Of a stretch of 64,000 nucleotides of DNA, positions 1-13,680 are shown piece after piece. The position numbers were made by a program, and so were the translations under genes. This DNA comes from Callorhinchus milii (taxonomy: Eukaryota). The stretch lies in contig NW_024704743.1 in NCBI RefSeq assembly GCF_018977255.1, positions 107,944,001 through 108,008,000 on the forward strand. Direction: 5' to 3'. The notes beneath the pieces are model-generated. The model saw only the letters and a program-made list of their open reading frames with translations, did not search any database and was not told the DNA's origin. Position 1 is the first letter of the stretch; each line of letters begins with the position of its first letter.

Positions 1-225
1 GATGTCCGACAGGCAGTCTGTCAGGACAGCAGTGGTTCTGGAGTTGAGGGATGGAGGCAGAAAGATAGAGTTGGGTGTCATCCACATACATGTGGAAGTC
101 TGCGGATGATATCACCAAGGGGGAGCATGTAGATACTAAAGAGGAGAGGGCCAAGGACAGTGCCCTGGGGGACGCCAGATGTGACAGTGCGGGGGCTGGA
201 GGAGAATCACTGGGTGCCCAGCTAA
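1..225 (-). mobile_element. Degenerate L2-type LINE reverse-transcriptase fragment
   Basis: Minus strand encodes [24 protein letters not shown], then a frameshift, then [12 protein letters not shown] (RT core, YADD-like motif). Confidence 0.85.
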
Positions 226-506
226 CCCTGTATCCACCCACATTCAATGCCTGTTATTGAATGGCTTCCAAGTTGCTGACTCACCCAATGCGAATTAGCA
301 AAAATAAAATCTTCTATGGTAATCTTAAAAACAATTTTCTCATTGATTTTTGCAGGATTGTTAGCGTTTATGATAATTTCAATGAGTGATAAAGCCATGA
401 TATATCTTGCCTCGGGTTTTAAACACCACAATATAACGAGATAGAAAATCAATGCAATGTAACATTACATATCTCTAATTATGCTCTGCATGTACTTAGT
501 CCCTAC

Positions 507-642
507 CTTGTTGCCAGAGCGTAAACTGGCCCCAGTTTCCTTTCTCTCTTAAATTTTCATCTTCAGGCAGGAAAAAACCCTTTTCTTGGTCCATAACAGA
601 CATACCCTCATCACGGATCGTCTTCCAGTTCCTCTCAAGAGT
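507..642 (-). CDS. ASPH: ASPH exon TLERNWKTIRDEGMSVMDQEKGFFLPEDENLREKGNWGQFTLWQQ(G); 136 nt, phase 0/1, start of catalytic domain
   Basis: ctgcag|ACT ... CAA G|gtaggg; close match to human SLERNWKLIRDEG...FTLWQQG. Confidence 0.96.
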
Positions 643-822
643 CTGCAGCAAAGAAAAAGGATAATACTGGGATGGAGAGTTTGATGTTGGGAAACACAAT
701 GCAGAACATGGATCTTTTCCCGACAAAGAACAATCGGGGAACACAACCACCATCAAACTCTACAAGAGTGAGCCTCCCAATATAACACTAGATGCAATAA
801 TAACTAGTTATTGAGCTGCAGT

Positions 823-1142
823 GGAGTCCTGTAGCTCAGTGGTTACAGCATTTGCCTCAGAAGCGAGAGACCTGGGTTCAATTTCCGGCAGGGAGAAACC
901 TTGGCCGAGTAAGGAGAAATCCTTACTCCGCATGCCTGATAATGATCCCGCAAGAAAAAAAACAATAAAAATGGTGTCCCTCATTCCACGACTGTTTGTG
1001 GGACACTGCTGTGAGCAATTGGCTGCCACATTTCGCCCACAAATTATACAGTCAATTCACTTTACAGTATATATTGTGAAATGCTTTGAGACGTCTAGAA
1101 GATGTGAAAAGCGCTATATCAAATGCAAGGATTATTATTATT
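823..1142 (+). mobile_element. tRNA-derived SINE, full length
   Basis: Head GGAGTCCTGTAGCTCAGTGG (A box)...GGTTCAATT (B box); body CTGTTTGTGGGACACTGCTGTG; tail AAATGCAAGG(ATT)n. Confidence 0.9.
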
Positions 1143-2169
1143 AATTATAATAGTAATCCCTTTTTCGAGCCGTGCCATGAGATCTTTAATATCCACCAGA
1201 ACCTAATTTTGAAATTGGATTTGTGGTCTTAATTTCATGTACTCTTATTCCCAAGCTTTGCTCCATCGTCACATGAACTGGGACATTAAAAGATGAAAGA
1301 CAAGTCCATCGGGTTTATTGTTGGATTTCTGGGCTTCTGATCAAGAATGGCATTGTCGAGGTTTGGCAGCAGATTCCCTGAGCAATGATGCATGGCACAA
1401 AATGATCAAAATGTCAGAGAAAATTAGTTTAAAATGTGTGGGGAATAAACACATTTATGAAACATCCAGCTATTGTTAATAGCTCTTCAAATGTCTCCAT
1501 TGTGTTACTGTGTGGTAGTTCTTAGCTACCGTCTATCAGAGAACTGGAATACCTCCTGGTTTTAGTCTGAAGACTTATGTGTTAATAATTAAGCAAGTGC
1601 AGAATTTTGAAGAATTACTTCAGTCTTAACTTAAAAGCTGATTGTAAAGAGCTTTCTAAAATTGCGTGCAATGGTTGATTTTAAGGCAATCAAAACGACA
1701 GTCAGAATGTAATAATAATCCTCGAAATTGATATTCAGGGAAATTCTGTTAATTGAATATTTGATTTAACAGCAACATTTACTCAATTAAACAAACTATT
1801 CATATAACCAGACTAAATCTAAGAGGAGACTCATCTCTTGGAGCTGGAGCCACACGCACTCCAACCTCATCGGAACCACACTCCTCAGATGCCGCCTGTA
1901 GAAGCTAGTGATTTGGGACAATGTGTTTATCTCACGATTAATTATTTTTTATACGAATGGATTTGGGAAAAATTATTCAATAAACCTAATTATTTTGATA
2001 TCCCATTAACCAACCTATATTCTTAGATTAGGCATACAAATGGTTTAGGATTTCTAAGTTCTATTCAATAAACAAATTACTTATCCGATATTCAATTAAC
2101 CAAATTTCAATGTAGGCGAATGCAACAGCCTATACAACAATGTTCTGTAAATGGTGCTGGAGTGAATAC

Positions 2170-2420
2170 CCAATTTTATCTGGAGGATTATTGACCAGGA
2201 CACTGGGAGAAACTCACTTTACTTTTCAAATAGTGCCGCTCAACCACCTGAACAGGCAGATGGGACCTTGGTTGAACATCTCACCTGAAGTACGTCTGAC
2301 GGTGTAGCATTCCCCCAGCACTGCATTGGCATGTCATTTTAGACTATGAGCTTGACTTGAGGTTTGAATACACAACTGTCTGACTCAGAAGTGAGAACAT
2401 TACCAACCGAGCCAGACTGA
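2170..2420 (-). mobile_element. Deu-domain SINE, 5' part
   Basis: tRNA-like head plus GAGATGTTCAACCAAGGTCCCATCTGCCTGTTCAGGTGG Deu-like core on the minus strand. Confidence 0.7.
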
Positions 2421-2546
2421 CAGAGAGTTGTTTTCAAGTATCTTGGGATCTCAGATGGGTCTTTCAGAATCAACAGAACTACTAATTGTAATTTCACAAG
2501 CAGCATCCAAGTATGGAACCCAAGACTCTGGTAACAATATACGTAC

Positions 2547-2684
2547 CTTCACCAGATCAGTGTAACCTATTTCTCTAGTTGTCCACCAGGGCTGAGCCTT
2601 CAGCCCGTTCACATTGTAGAGTGAACGCTGCCAAACTGATGCAAAGTGACCTCTCTGATGTCCGAGCTCATACCATTTGTATGC
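2547..2684 (-). CDS. ASPH: ASPH exon AYKWYELGHQRGHFASVWQRSLYNVNGLKAQPWWTTREIGYTDLVK; 138 nt, phase 0/0
   Basis: ccacag|GCA ... AAG|gtacgt; not in the ORF track, translated by hand. Confidence 0.96.
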
Positions 2685-3130
2685 CTGTGGATGAGAAGTT
2701 AAATAGTTAGAAAAAGTTTTTCATAAATAACTCAACTTTTAAGATTTCTTATATGTGCCTCCTGTTCCCATTAACCTCTATTTCTCTATTGCTAACTGCA
2801 TTTTATAAATTTATAATAATCCTTGCTTTTGATATAGTTCCCTAAGTCTTCTCAAAGTGCTTCACAGGATTTTACTGTGAAGTACAGTAACTGTATTTTG
2901 TAAGCAAACACAGCAGCCAATTTGTTCATAGCAATATTCCACAAACAGCCATGGTGAAGGACCAATTTCACCTGTGGGGGACTGTACTGAATGTACTGAC
3001 TGTACTGTATCAGCCAAGATTGTGAACTCAAAGTCCCGATTTGGGGTTTGAACCCACAATCTTCTGACCCAGAGGTGAAAATGCTACCAGAGTCAGGTTC
3101 ATAGTCCATCATTCCACCTCCATCGCTGGT

Positions 3131-3467
3131 GGAGTCCCATAGTATAATGGTTAGCGCGTTCGCCTCGCAAGTAAAAGTACCTGGGATTGATGGCCAGTGT
3201 CTTTACTCCACACACCTCTGTTTACCAGCAGTAAGTGGGAACCCAGTTTTTAGTCGATTGGAGATCACTTTCCAGGGATAATAAAAAAAATTGGTCCATC
3301 AATCTATGACTGTTTGTGGTTCACTGCTGTGCGCAATTGGCTGCCATGTTTCGCCCGCAAAATACAGTCAATCCACTTTACAACATATTCTGTGAAGTGC
3401 TTTGAGACATCTCAACGACTTGATAAGGTACTATATCAAATGCAAGTATTATTGTTATTATTATTAT
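3131..3467 (+). mobile_element. tRNA-derived SINE, diverged copy
   Basis: Same head, body and tail as the 823 copy. Confidence 0.85.
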
Positions 3468-4285
3468 CATCTCTAACAGCACATTGAGAGTCAAACAGAC
3501 ATTATGGCACTCTTGCTCAAAATTATGTCTTTAATATTCCTTTCTTCTATCAATTATACATTGGAATGCTTTCTGAGAGAAGGTACCCCAATTATAACCT
3601 GACCTTTTAAAAGAGGCCTTGGCAAACTCTGTCCTCAGCAGCATCACAGTTTTTCTTGGTCCCTGTGCATTCTTATCCTATTGCATTAAACAAGATCAAA
3701 CTAGCCTCATTTCCCCAGAGCCGGGTTATTACTTTATTTCCCCTGTGACATCGGCAATCTGATTTAAAATAATCCAACTCAAAATGGTTTGTGTACAATA
3801 GGCACATTTTGATCCCTCGAAAATCATCCTTTGCAATATCTGAGGATGCCACATAAGGGAGGGGAGAAAGAGAGATCAGTGAGAGCTCAGTATGGAAGCA
3901 TATCAAGAAAGATGGAAAAGTACTTGCTGTGCAAGAAAATCCGACTTGTGGGCAGATTTTACATCTAATCAGCAAACATAAACCAATTTAGTCCAACCTT
4001 AGACTCTTTCGGAATAGGGATACAACTGGAATTCAGGGCCAGACAATTATTACAGCTAATAATCAATTACAGGTAGGATAATGAAACTCTGGTATTCAAT
4101 CCCTTGTTAAGAAAAATCTCCATTTACCGTTTACTATTTTCATTCCTTTGCTCGTACACATCAATTATTATACATGCACATCATCCCGTCCGTAGCTTGG
4201 CTGCTGTAGAATGTTAATTGTCTTTCTGACAATTGGATTGTGCTGAAACTATTCACGTGGAATGGGAGCTTGCAATAATACTCAC

Positions 4286-4375
4286 GTCTTTATCGCCCAT
4301 TCTCTGCAAAGCATCTCCCAAGTGGAAGTAAAAGCGTCCGTCGTCAGTGCCAGGATCCTCAGATTCCAGTCCTTC
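4286..4375 (-). CDS. ASPH: ASPH exon EGLESEDPGTDDGRFYFHLGDALQRMGDKD; 90 nt, phase 0/0
   Basis: gtacag|GAA ... GAC|gtgagt. Confidence 0.96.
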
Positions 4376-5660
4376 CTGTACAAAAGAGCTGTTTCTTGTT
4401 ACTACCACAAACCACGTCATACCAACAAAAGCCATCAATTGTACAACAACAACAACAACAAGATTCCATTTATAAAGCGCCTTTCACGTCAGGAGGACGT
4501 CCCAAGGCGCTGCACAGTTGGGTCATGACCCGAGCAGGGGGGAAATGGTCAGGGTGAGGGGAGGGAGCGAGGAGGGGGGAAATGGTCAGGGTGAGGGAAG
4601 GGATGGGAGGGAGCGAGAAGGGGGAAGAGAGTCGAGAGGGGAGCTGAAGGCTCGGTCAAAGAGAAAATTGTAGGCAGTTGCACATTTTGATTTTGTCAGC
4701 AGGTTTATTGCATCTTTATTTTTTTGTACCTGTCACTGTCCATCACTCACCTCTTCCAGTGCATGTAGTCTAATGAACTTTTAATATAGAAAAACTGCAA
4801 ATGCTTACACTGATCTCTATCACACTCTCACTCACGCACATGTAGACCTCTCCCCACTCAATTGCCACACATAGCAACAAGCGGTAGAAAGTGCTGTAGA
4901 GGGATGAGGAGCAGGAAACCTGGCTGGTTTTCCCCTCCAACAAGTTTTATTCTTAACAAGAGCAGTGTTGCTCTTACTCTGGACCGACTAGAAGCAAGCA
5001 AATTTGTTATATTTTCCTGCCCTGGTACCAAATCTTTACCTGAGAGTGTACCCCTATCACAGTAGCATTGACAGTAACCCTTCCATTAATTTCCACACCC
5101 TTATCCTCCAAGTGCTGTTTTTAAATTGCAACCGTCACATTGGCATGAAGCAGTTGGGAACTTAACTGAAAAAAAATTGCTGGAATGTATTGACATGAAA
5201 ACATGAAAGCCTCATTTTATAGTGTTGTAAAGTGGAAAACCCTACTGGAAAACCGAAACTAACTTTGACAACGAGTCAGTCAAATATATTGGGATATAAC
5301 CAAGCATTTGGGTCCTGCTGCATGCAGATGGTATTTCATCAAGCAGATATAGCAACGTATGCTATTACAACACCCCCAAGGTTTATACGAAATTAGCACT
5401 GACCCTACTCAATAGTATTGGTGCAATGAGACTTGTACTGAACCAGGCAACGGAGTAGATAATCAGGAATAAGGAAGATTTCTGGACCTGTGTCTGCTGG
5501 GAAACTGATACTGTGCAGATAGGGTTTGCTGCACTGTTAGCAATGGATTTCATGACCTTGCATTCTCAGTCTATAGTATGTGGATCCTTGCGCTCAAACA
5601 CATTGCGATGTCCAACGCCGTATGATTTAGCATTACAAAATGAACTAAGTGGTTGCTCAC

Positions 5661-5759
5661 CTTAAGGTAGGGAATGCTTTCGGCTATCTGATTCGCAGCT
5701 TTGAGGATGAATCCATAGTGAACTTTAGCAAATCCATCGTTCGGAGCAAGGGCTAAAAC
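5661..5759 (-). CDS. ASPH: ASPH exon VLALAPNDGFAKVHYGFILKAANQIAESIPYLK; 99 nt, phase 0/0 (TPR region)
   Basis: ttctgcag|GTT ... AAG|gtgagc. Confidence 0.96.
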
Positions 5760-6235
5760 CTGCAGAAAATGTGTCACAATTATCTCCGAGGTGAGGTGAA
5801 AAGATAAACTGCAAATGCTGAAAATCTCTTAGCAAACACCATTTCCAACTTGAAATGCCGATCTTCCAAAAAATGGCCTTCTAAAAAAGTGAACTAAGAA
5901 GTGCATTCTTGAATTAAATTAAAGGACCATGATAACTTTCTTCAGAAAGATTTTTGAACAAACATGCTTATGAACAAATATACTCATTAGCTGAGCAGAC
6001 GCTGATCATTAGATGACAGACAATAATTTCTCTATACTTTACCAGTTCAGCAGCAGTTTAAAGTTTTGGGGTTGGTGGGTCCACATCACACCGGCACCCG
6101 TCCCCCCCCCCCACTCCCCACCCCAAACACGCTCAAACATACTAAGGTTTTCCTTCAACTACATGCACCTACTCCACAATATAAAGGTGTGAACCTGCAC
6201 TAGCAACATATGCTACAGAACTGCTTCTAAAATGT

Positions 6236-6549
6236 TAGTAATAATAATTCTTGCATTTGATATAGTGCTTTTCATGTCTTCTAGACGTCTCAAAGCGCTT
6301 CACGGAATATACTGTTAAGTGAATTGACTGTATATTTGTGGGCAAACTGCGGCAGCCAATTGCACACAGCAGTGTCCCACAAACAGTTGTGGATTGAAAT
6401 GACCAATTTATTATTGTTTTTTTTTCTTGAGGGATTATTATCAGGCGTGTGGAGTAAGGAAATTTGGCCAAGGTTTCGCCCTGCTGGGAATTGAACCCAG
6501 GTCTCTCGCTTGCAAGGCGAGTGCTCTAACCACTGACCTACAGAACTCC
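6236..6549 (-). mobile_element. tRNA-derived SINE, full length
   Basis: Reverse complement of the 823 family. Confidence 0.9.
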
Positions 6550-9156
6550 ACGACCACCAAAGAAACACTACAGCCTGAGCCAGATATACACACAGCTCTC
6601 TCCCTCTCTATAGTTCCATACATAAGGACGTAACAGATGTTTTCCAATGGCAGTTTGGTCGCCCATGTCTCTCAGGACGAATACAATATGAATTTTTTAT
6701 ATATATTAGCATCTTTCACATTGCGAGGACGATCCAAAGTGCTGGCCACTCAAAGGTTTGCACCCGAGCTGAGGTGGGGCCGAGGGGAAAATATGGACGA
6801 AAGTATGCTCAAAGTGTTGAGGCGGACCTTGAAGGAGGCGAAAGAAGAGCGAGTTGAAGGTACTTGGGATGGAGTTCTAGGGAATGGGGGCAGATAAGCT
6901 GAAAGCCCCACCGCCAGCAGTGGACTGGGGGTGAAGCAGGCTGGTGCCTGCTTAGTGGAAGGAGTTGCTGCGTTGGTAGAGTTTGAGGAATTTGATATCA
7001 CTTTGGTTAAGGAAGTGGGGTTGGGAGAAAGAGGCAGTAAATTGAGCCTGCACATTTTCCAGCTTTCTCTACATGTGTAATAATATCCTCACGTCCCAAG
7101 CACCTATCTATCTCCCTCTTAAACACCTCAATTGATTCTCCCTCAGGAAAATATCCTTAGGGAAATGTGGCCAGTGAATTCCACATTCTCACACATTCCC
7201 CTTTGCGTGAATCAAACTCTGGACATGGGGTGCCACGGCACAAGTGTCATTGAGTGAGCAGAGGTAAACCATCCAGTGCACTGCAAGACAACATATTCAA
7301 TAGTGCAGCAAGTACAGTACGTAGCTCAGGCCGTCAGCCACTGAACTTTACTCTGATGAGGCATTGGCAGCTTTCTGAAAATGACCCTCGTGGGACACTG
7401 ATACTAATCCTGCTGCACAGGCTATCTTTCAGAAGGTTAAAGCATACGTGGTGTTTATTTTAACCACTGCCTTCCCAAACCACGGATTGTGCCAGATTGT
7501 ACTCGGGCACTGTTCAATTCCCACGAGATTGAAGCTAAGGAAGTCAAGGGTTAATTTTAACTCCAGACCGCCCTTTGTGCTCCGAGTACCTTGCAATTAT
7601 GCTAATGATCAGCATGAATCCAGGGTCATTGGGAAGAAAAGGAGAGGCATGGCTCTAATCCTGATAACCATGGCAATGGAACTTCTAAACACAGTTGAAA
7701 ACAAATGGTTTGTGCGGCTGATCTGGCACGGTTTGATTGGCAGTCTAGACAGAGAGGCGGCCTCTGTTTCCCGGCAATGTTATTGTGGAGAATTCGAGAG
7801 AATTTTAAATGGACTGCCTTTCTCTCCACTCTCTTTTCTTTACTCTCCAGAATCTGGCCTGTCCATTCTCTCTCTTTCTTCCTTTCTTCTCCCAGTTTCT
7901 GGCTTTGTAGTTGATACTGGGTATTAAAGGGCCATTATCTTCATGAAAAAGTGTCTGCCAAACTTTGCTTGGGAAAGGAGGAGATTCAGATCCGCTGTGC
8001 ATCATTTTCATCGCGGTGACACAAGCAAGTAATGCAATATGCCCCCAACGTGATTTACACCATTGAATAGATTTTTTTTTTAAAAAATACCAAACAAAGG
8101 ATTTACTAAATTCGTCTTCACGAAGAAAACACCCCGTTAAGAGCACATTACTATCTTGAGGCCCAAGATTAGTTTCTGGCCACAAAGTGCTTACTGTTAC
8201 CCGATTCAGCAACGAGATTCTCTTGCGCACCAACGTGTCTGTCAGTAACTTGGGATTTCGATGCACAAAGCATCCGCACGCATTGCCTTGTGTTTAACTA
8301 CACAAAGTGAAGTCTGGCTGTAGTATGATCGAGAATGTGCACTGTGGTGTATGAGTGGGCTGCAGCATGCCACATGGCCTGAGCTGAGATCGAGAGCTGC
8401 TTTTAGAAAATTTACGGCACAGAGGAAGGACATTTTGCCCATCGTGTCGATGTTTCCTCGCGTGTCGATACAAGACTTCTGTTTGTATCAACACCGCATG
8501 TACACTCCATCCAGACTTGGGCCAGAAAGAAAGGAAAGGCCTATTCTGTAGAGGCGGATGCACACTTGCCTAACCTGTATATGAAATGCATAGAACTGAA
8601 AGGTAGCTGCTTGGGCCATTTAGTTACTGTGACCAGCTTTGTGCATCAACACAAAGGACCGAAGGATTGCTATTGAGGCATATAGTACACTATCTCTATG
8701 AACATAAAGTTCAAAGGTAAGCAAGACAGATGGATGGAATCGGTCTGTTTCCAGCACAGAAGGAAGCTGTAAGATCCATCGTGTCTACACTGATGCTAGT
8801 TTCCCCCCATTGGAACTACTTGCTCTAATCCCATTCCCTGTCCATGTAATTATTACTCTCATATTTATCCCGCTCTCTCCTGAATGATGTTATGGATACA
8901 TCTTAGATAGCCATTTGTAGTAACATTCCACACTGTAACAATCCTCTGGACATGTAAAACGATTTTCAGTCTCTTCCCCCCTTTTAAGAATCTGATGACA
9001 ATCCTCAATTTATGCCCTTTTATTACTGGCTTGCTCTATTGGAGACAATCTCCATTTATTCTATCAAAGCCATCAAGTATCATATATTATCTAATAAAAT
9101 GCACAATATGCATACAAATAAATTGTGGCTTCCGTGCAGTAATTCTGGCAGCTTAC

Positions 9157-9293
9157 CTCTTCATAGGTGCGCTTGGCATTATTATTGTCTCCCAATAAGA
9201 GGTAACTCACTCCAAGCTCGTTCTTAATTGAGACATCACTGGGGTAACGATTTGTGAGCTTTTGAAGGGTGACAACAGAACGTTTGATGTGCC
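9157..9293 (-). CDS. ASPH: ASPH exon (G)HIKRSVVTLQKLTNRYPSDVSIKNELGVSYLLLGDNNNAKRTYEE; 137 nt, phase 1/0 (TPR region)
   Basis: tttgcag|GG CAC ... GAG|gtaagc. Confidence 0.95.
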
Positions 9294-12200
9294 CTGCAAA
9301 GACACACAAATAATTTTCCAATAAGACTCAGAAGAAAGCGTTCAGCACATGACTCACATCAAATAAAAATATCTTTCGCCCTGTCACCACTCACTGAGAT
9401 TTATTCTACTAGGTTACTGCTCATATTTCTCTGATCCTTCTTCTGGTAGTATACTGTAGTATATTTGATATGCTTTATATTTTCTTCTTTTTAGTATTTC
9501 TTTAACTTTCTTGGACCCCTTCCTTTTGAAGCTCTGCTCATTAAGACATATTAGTTTCAAAGTACAATAGTCCCAAGTGAGGTTTGTTAAATTTGTATCA
9601 ACTCCTGCACTTAATCAAAGCCAAGCTTAATTCAACAACAAACAACAACAACAAATAAGATTTGTATAGTGTGTTTCATGTGGGGAGGACGTGAAAGATG
9701 CTATACAAAGTGCTGATTCTCACCCAACATTCACACTTTTCAGCAGTGTCACTAGGTAATACCAAGCCAGCATTGTTAAACGCCTTGAGACATCCTCCTG
9801 ACACGAAAAGAGCCATATATTGTCATTGTAAATTAGTATTTTATGGAAACCAGGAGCAGAGCCAAGGACACTGATACTCTGCTAACCTGGCTGAAATGAA
9901 ATAATTCAGGACAGACCAGGATTCAAACCTGCAACCTTCTGGTCTGTATGGTTTTGCACTACAGGAAATGGTGCCAACTAGCCTTCAGGGGAATCCAACT
10001 TGGTTTCATTATTTTTTTCATTATAAATTAATTCTATTCACACAGTCCACTTGGAATAATGCAGATGACAATTACATTGCTTAGATGCAATCAACACTTT
10101 AAAGTTTCACAGTGCATTTCAAGCACCCATTTATTGATTTAACAGGGGACGCAACACGATGACAAACTATGGCTCCAGGATAGTTTATCAGACACTTTGT
10201 CCAAGCAGCTGAGTCTGAAGCGAGTGCAGTGTTTGATGGCAGGAACTTATTCACAACGCTTGACAAGAATCAGATAAAAGCATTTGGAAGTCATTGAGGT
10301 GACATGCTTGTATTCACGGATGTATGCACAGATGAGAGCGATGGACAGTCACAAAAACTGATTCCCTCTAATTACAGCCTGAGGGCTTGTGGCCGGTCTA
10401 AGCTTGGTGTTTATATGTAGAACAGGGGAATTCTTTTCAACATAAAATGGTATTGAGAAGCCTAGGTTAAGAGGTGAGGCCCAGTGTAGGATCACCAACA
10501 GTGAAAAGTGTGGGAAAGAAGAGATGAATCTAGTACAACGACGACAACTTGCATTTATATAGAGAATTAATGAGTTAGATGGGGAACATTGTAAGGACAT
10601 TTGATTTCAATGCAGTGAGGATGGAAAGAAGTTTTACACAGACTGTATAACATGGAAACAGGCCATTTGACCCATCTAGTTCGTGCTGGTGTTTTTACTC
10701 CACATTGGTCAGGTAGAAGACTATGGCGCATTTTGAGATTGGGAGGAACAAAAGAAACCCTTGGGAAGTCTTCCCGACCTGAAAGGCGCTAGACAAATGT
10801 AATTTGTTGATTTAAAGTTTTAAGTCCATTGTTGTCTCGATAAAGTCAAGAAAATTGTAACAGAGAGAGGGGTGTTGTTTCAGGATTCACTTCACTTTTA
10901 TTGTAACACTACTTCACTTTTTCTTGTGCAAATAACTGCAGCTTTGATACTGGAACATCTGGAAAGGTGGCCCCTTATTTTAACATTGTGCCAAGCCTCA
11001 GTTAAGCTCCAACAGAGGTTGTGAGAACAAGCACCTGTAAGAGGTGTTGCAGGATACTGACTGAGAAACCAGATGCCTGGACCCCTCAGGATTGTGCATT
11101 GGAAAAGAACAAGGATTGTCGCTGTTGGGCTGCCATCGTTTCCCCAACTGCTTTAATATAATCCTGAACTCTGTCCATGTCTGCCCAGCCCAGGTGGGGA
11201 GGGGGAGATTGTCTGGGGTTGCATTATTTTTTGTTATGTGATGATTCTGCTGGCTCTGTCCATATGGAACTTTGTGTGGAGTGACATTCAGGGATACTAC
11301 ATTCGTTATCCAGCAGGATATATATTACACAGCTACAAATGAACAGCCCATACCAGTTCTTACACACATGAAGAGCTCTCTTATTCCCTTATTATCATTT
11401 ATGAAAACATATTACTTCCAACCTCACTGGTGCCAACCTACTAAAGGAAATGCATGTTGTCAAAAGGTAAATAAACGTCATTAGGTCCTCTATTGCAAAA
11501 CAGTCTACACTGTCACTTGCTCCTAGTTTATTCCAGTAACTCTATACTAAAAGCTAAGTAATGTTTGTGAGTCAACATCTCTGTGAATCTAATCTGCGCA
11601 CAGGAATGTCCCAAAAAACAATCATCAAATCCCAAGAAACAACCAATATTATTGTTGGCTGGGATACAGGGAGAAACTCCCTCGTCTTTTCAAACAGTGA
11701 GATCTTAACAGGTTCTAAAAAAGCTCGTTTTAGCGATGAAACCTCTAATAATGCCGTGCTACCCCAGTGCTGCATTTTAGTGTCAACTTAGATGGTGAGT
11801 TCAACATCCTGACTTGGGCAATGAACCCGAACCCGCAACCTTCTAACTCAAAGGTAAGCGTGCTGCCAACTGAGCTAAGGTGACACAGAGAGGAAATCTA
11901 GACCCAGGTAGAATTTCTACTCATAAGTGTGAGTTTGGTTGAGCTGATTGAAGATTAACTTTATTTCACTGGCTGGGTCCATAGTAGAGCCTACTAAACA
12001 GACCTAGATGTTCATTTGCTGGTGTGATTCTGGCACAGCAAATAGTTTTCTACATCTTAATAATGCTTTGATTTTCCTCAACCGTGTCCACACTCTTTGC
12101 TGAACTTTGGCACTAAAGAGGTCAAGCTTGAAGGCAGTTACATGTCCATCTATGTAATTGTGCTATCCTAAAGAGTTTTAGCACATTTTGGCAATTGATT

Positions 12201-13308
12201 GAATCTAACTACTTGCAGGGCAGCTGACATACTGTTCTCCACATAGCTACCAGTCTCTTTTTATGGAATGTTTTGTGTCCTTCTTCTCAAGGCAATAACT
12301 CATGTGAATGTTAAGTTTCGGACAGCACTGGCATCTCTCTAATACATTGCCTAAATGGCCATTCTTCATGATTGAGCCTAGAATATGAGTACCGGAAAGT
12401 TGTTCTACTGTGAATATCACACCTCTGCTGGATTGTATTCTCACCGGTTACCCACGAGGACACTTTAAGGAAGGAGTTTCTGAACAGCAAATAGCAGCGA
12501 TAGCCTTGATTAATATATCCATCCCCTTGTCTGGGGACACTGAAGCCAAGTGCAATGCAATGCCTCCATTGAATTCAACTAAAACACACAATCAGGGATC
12601 AAACTTACTGGTCTGCAATACTCAATGCCAGATGGACAGAGGTTATCAGCTATAAAACAACAGCAGCACCCTTCACAGAAGTACGAGCTGAGATTATGTC
12701 TGACCTCAGTCTGATTGAGATTGTCGGCCACAGACAGATCTGGGTACTTGCAGGACCCCTTTTGCAAATAATGCAAATTAGACACCCCCCAATGTCCTCT
12801 GAATTAGATTACTGTCTGGCAATTACTCTCGGGTACACAACTATCGCTATTTATATCATATTTATTATCCCTTGTCTGGACTATTTTAATTGCATCCCAC
12901 TGCAACAACGGCACTTCATCCTTCCCAGATTTAAACACAACCTCTCCCTGCATATCATGGTGACACTTCAATAGACCTGAACATGGTCCCTATAGTACAA
13001 CTCACTACCTGCTCCTGCATAAATATACTAGCTTGTCCTAGTTATTTTCATTCTCCTTATCCTATTCAGTTAGCCTCAGTCGCCCATCTTTCACCATCTC
13101 TCTTCTGATTGACTCCAGCTCATTACTTGACCCAATGCACCACTTGCATCACACTCAAAGTACATTAAGTTTTTCCAACCTACTTTTCAGAAGGACAGTT
13201 TTTTTTTATTAATGTAAAAAGTCAAAAGGTACAAAATCAATTCAGTGCTTATAGCTCGAAAAACTGCAAGCCCCTCCACCCCCCAAAAAACAGGTTACAA
13301 CCCATATA

Positions 13309-13670
13309 GTGTCCTGTAGCTCAGTGGATAGAGTTCAATTCCCGGAGGGCGAAATGTTGGGCAAGTTTCTTTAATCTACACGCCTCTGTTTACCGAACAG
13401 TAAGTAGGAACCCGATTGTTAATCAATTGGCAGATCGCTTTTCCGGGGATAATAATTCCTTCAAAAAAAAATAATAAATTGGTCACTCAATTGACAACTG
13501 TTTGTGAGACACTGCTGCGTGCAATTGGCTGCTGCGTTTCTCCCACAAAAATATACAGTCAATTAAATCACTTCGCAGTATATTCTGTGAAGCGCTTTGA
13601 GAAGTCTCGAAGACGTGATAAAATGCTATTTCAAATGCAAGGATAATTATAATATTATGATTATTATTAT
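13309..13670 (+). mobile_element. tRNA-derived SINE; tail ends about 10 nt from an ASPH donor site
   Basis: GTCCTGTAGCTCAGTGG head, family body, (ATT)n tail. Confidence 0.85.
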
Positions 13671-13680
13671 ATTGCCTCAC

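Noticed and set aside
823..895. tRNA-like sequences (also at 17045, 20264, 34087 and 59690)
   Set aside because: They continue directly into SINE bodies and tails, so they are SINE heads, not tRNA genes.
821..1144. Recurrent ORFs beginning MESCSSVV or ending KCKDYYY
   Set aside because: These are translations of the SINE consensus, not a gene family.
4530..4645. G-rich tandem duplication (GGGGGAAATGGTCAGGGTGAGGG twice), possible G-quadruplex
   Set aside because: It is part of an L2 3'UTR also seen at about 47660-47700; not locus-specific.
7820..7915. Strong plus-strand polypyrimidine tracts ending in AG (antisense exon?)
   Set aside because: No following open frame with a credible donor; probably low-complexity CT-rich sequence.
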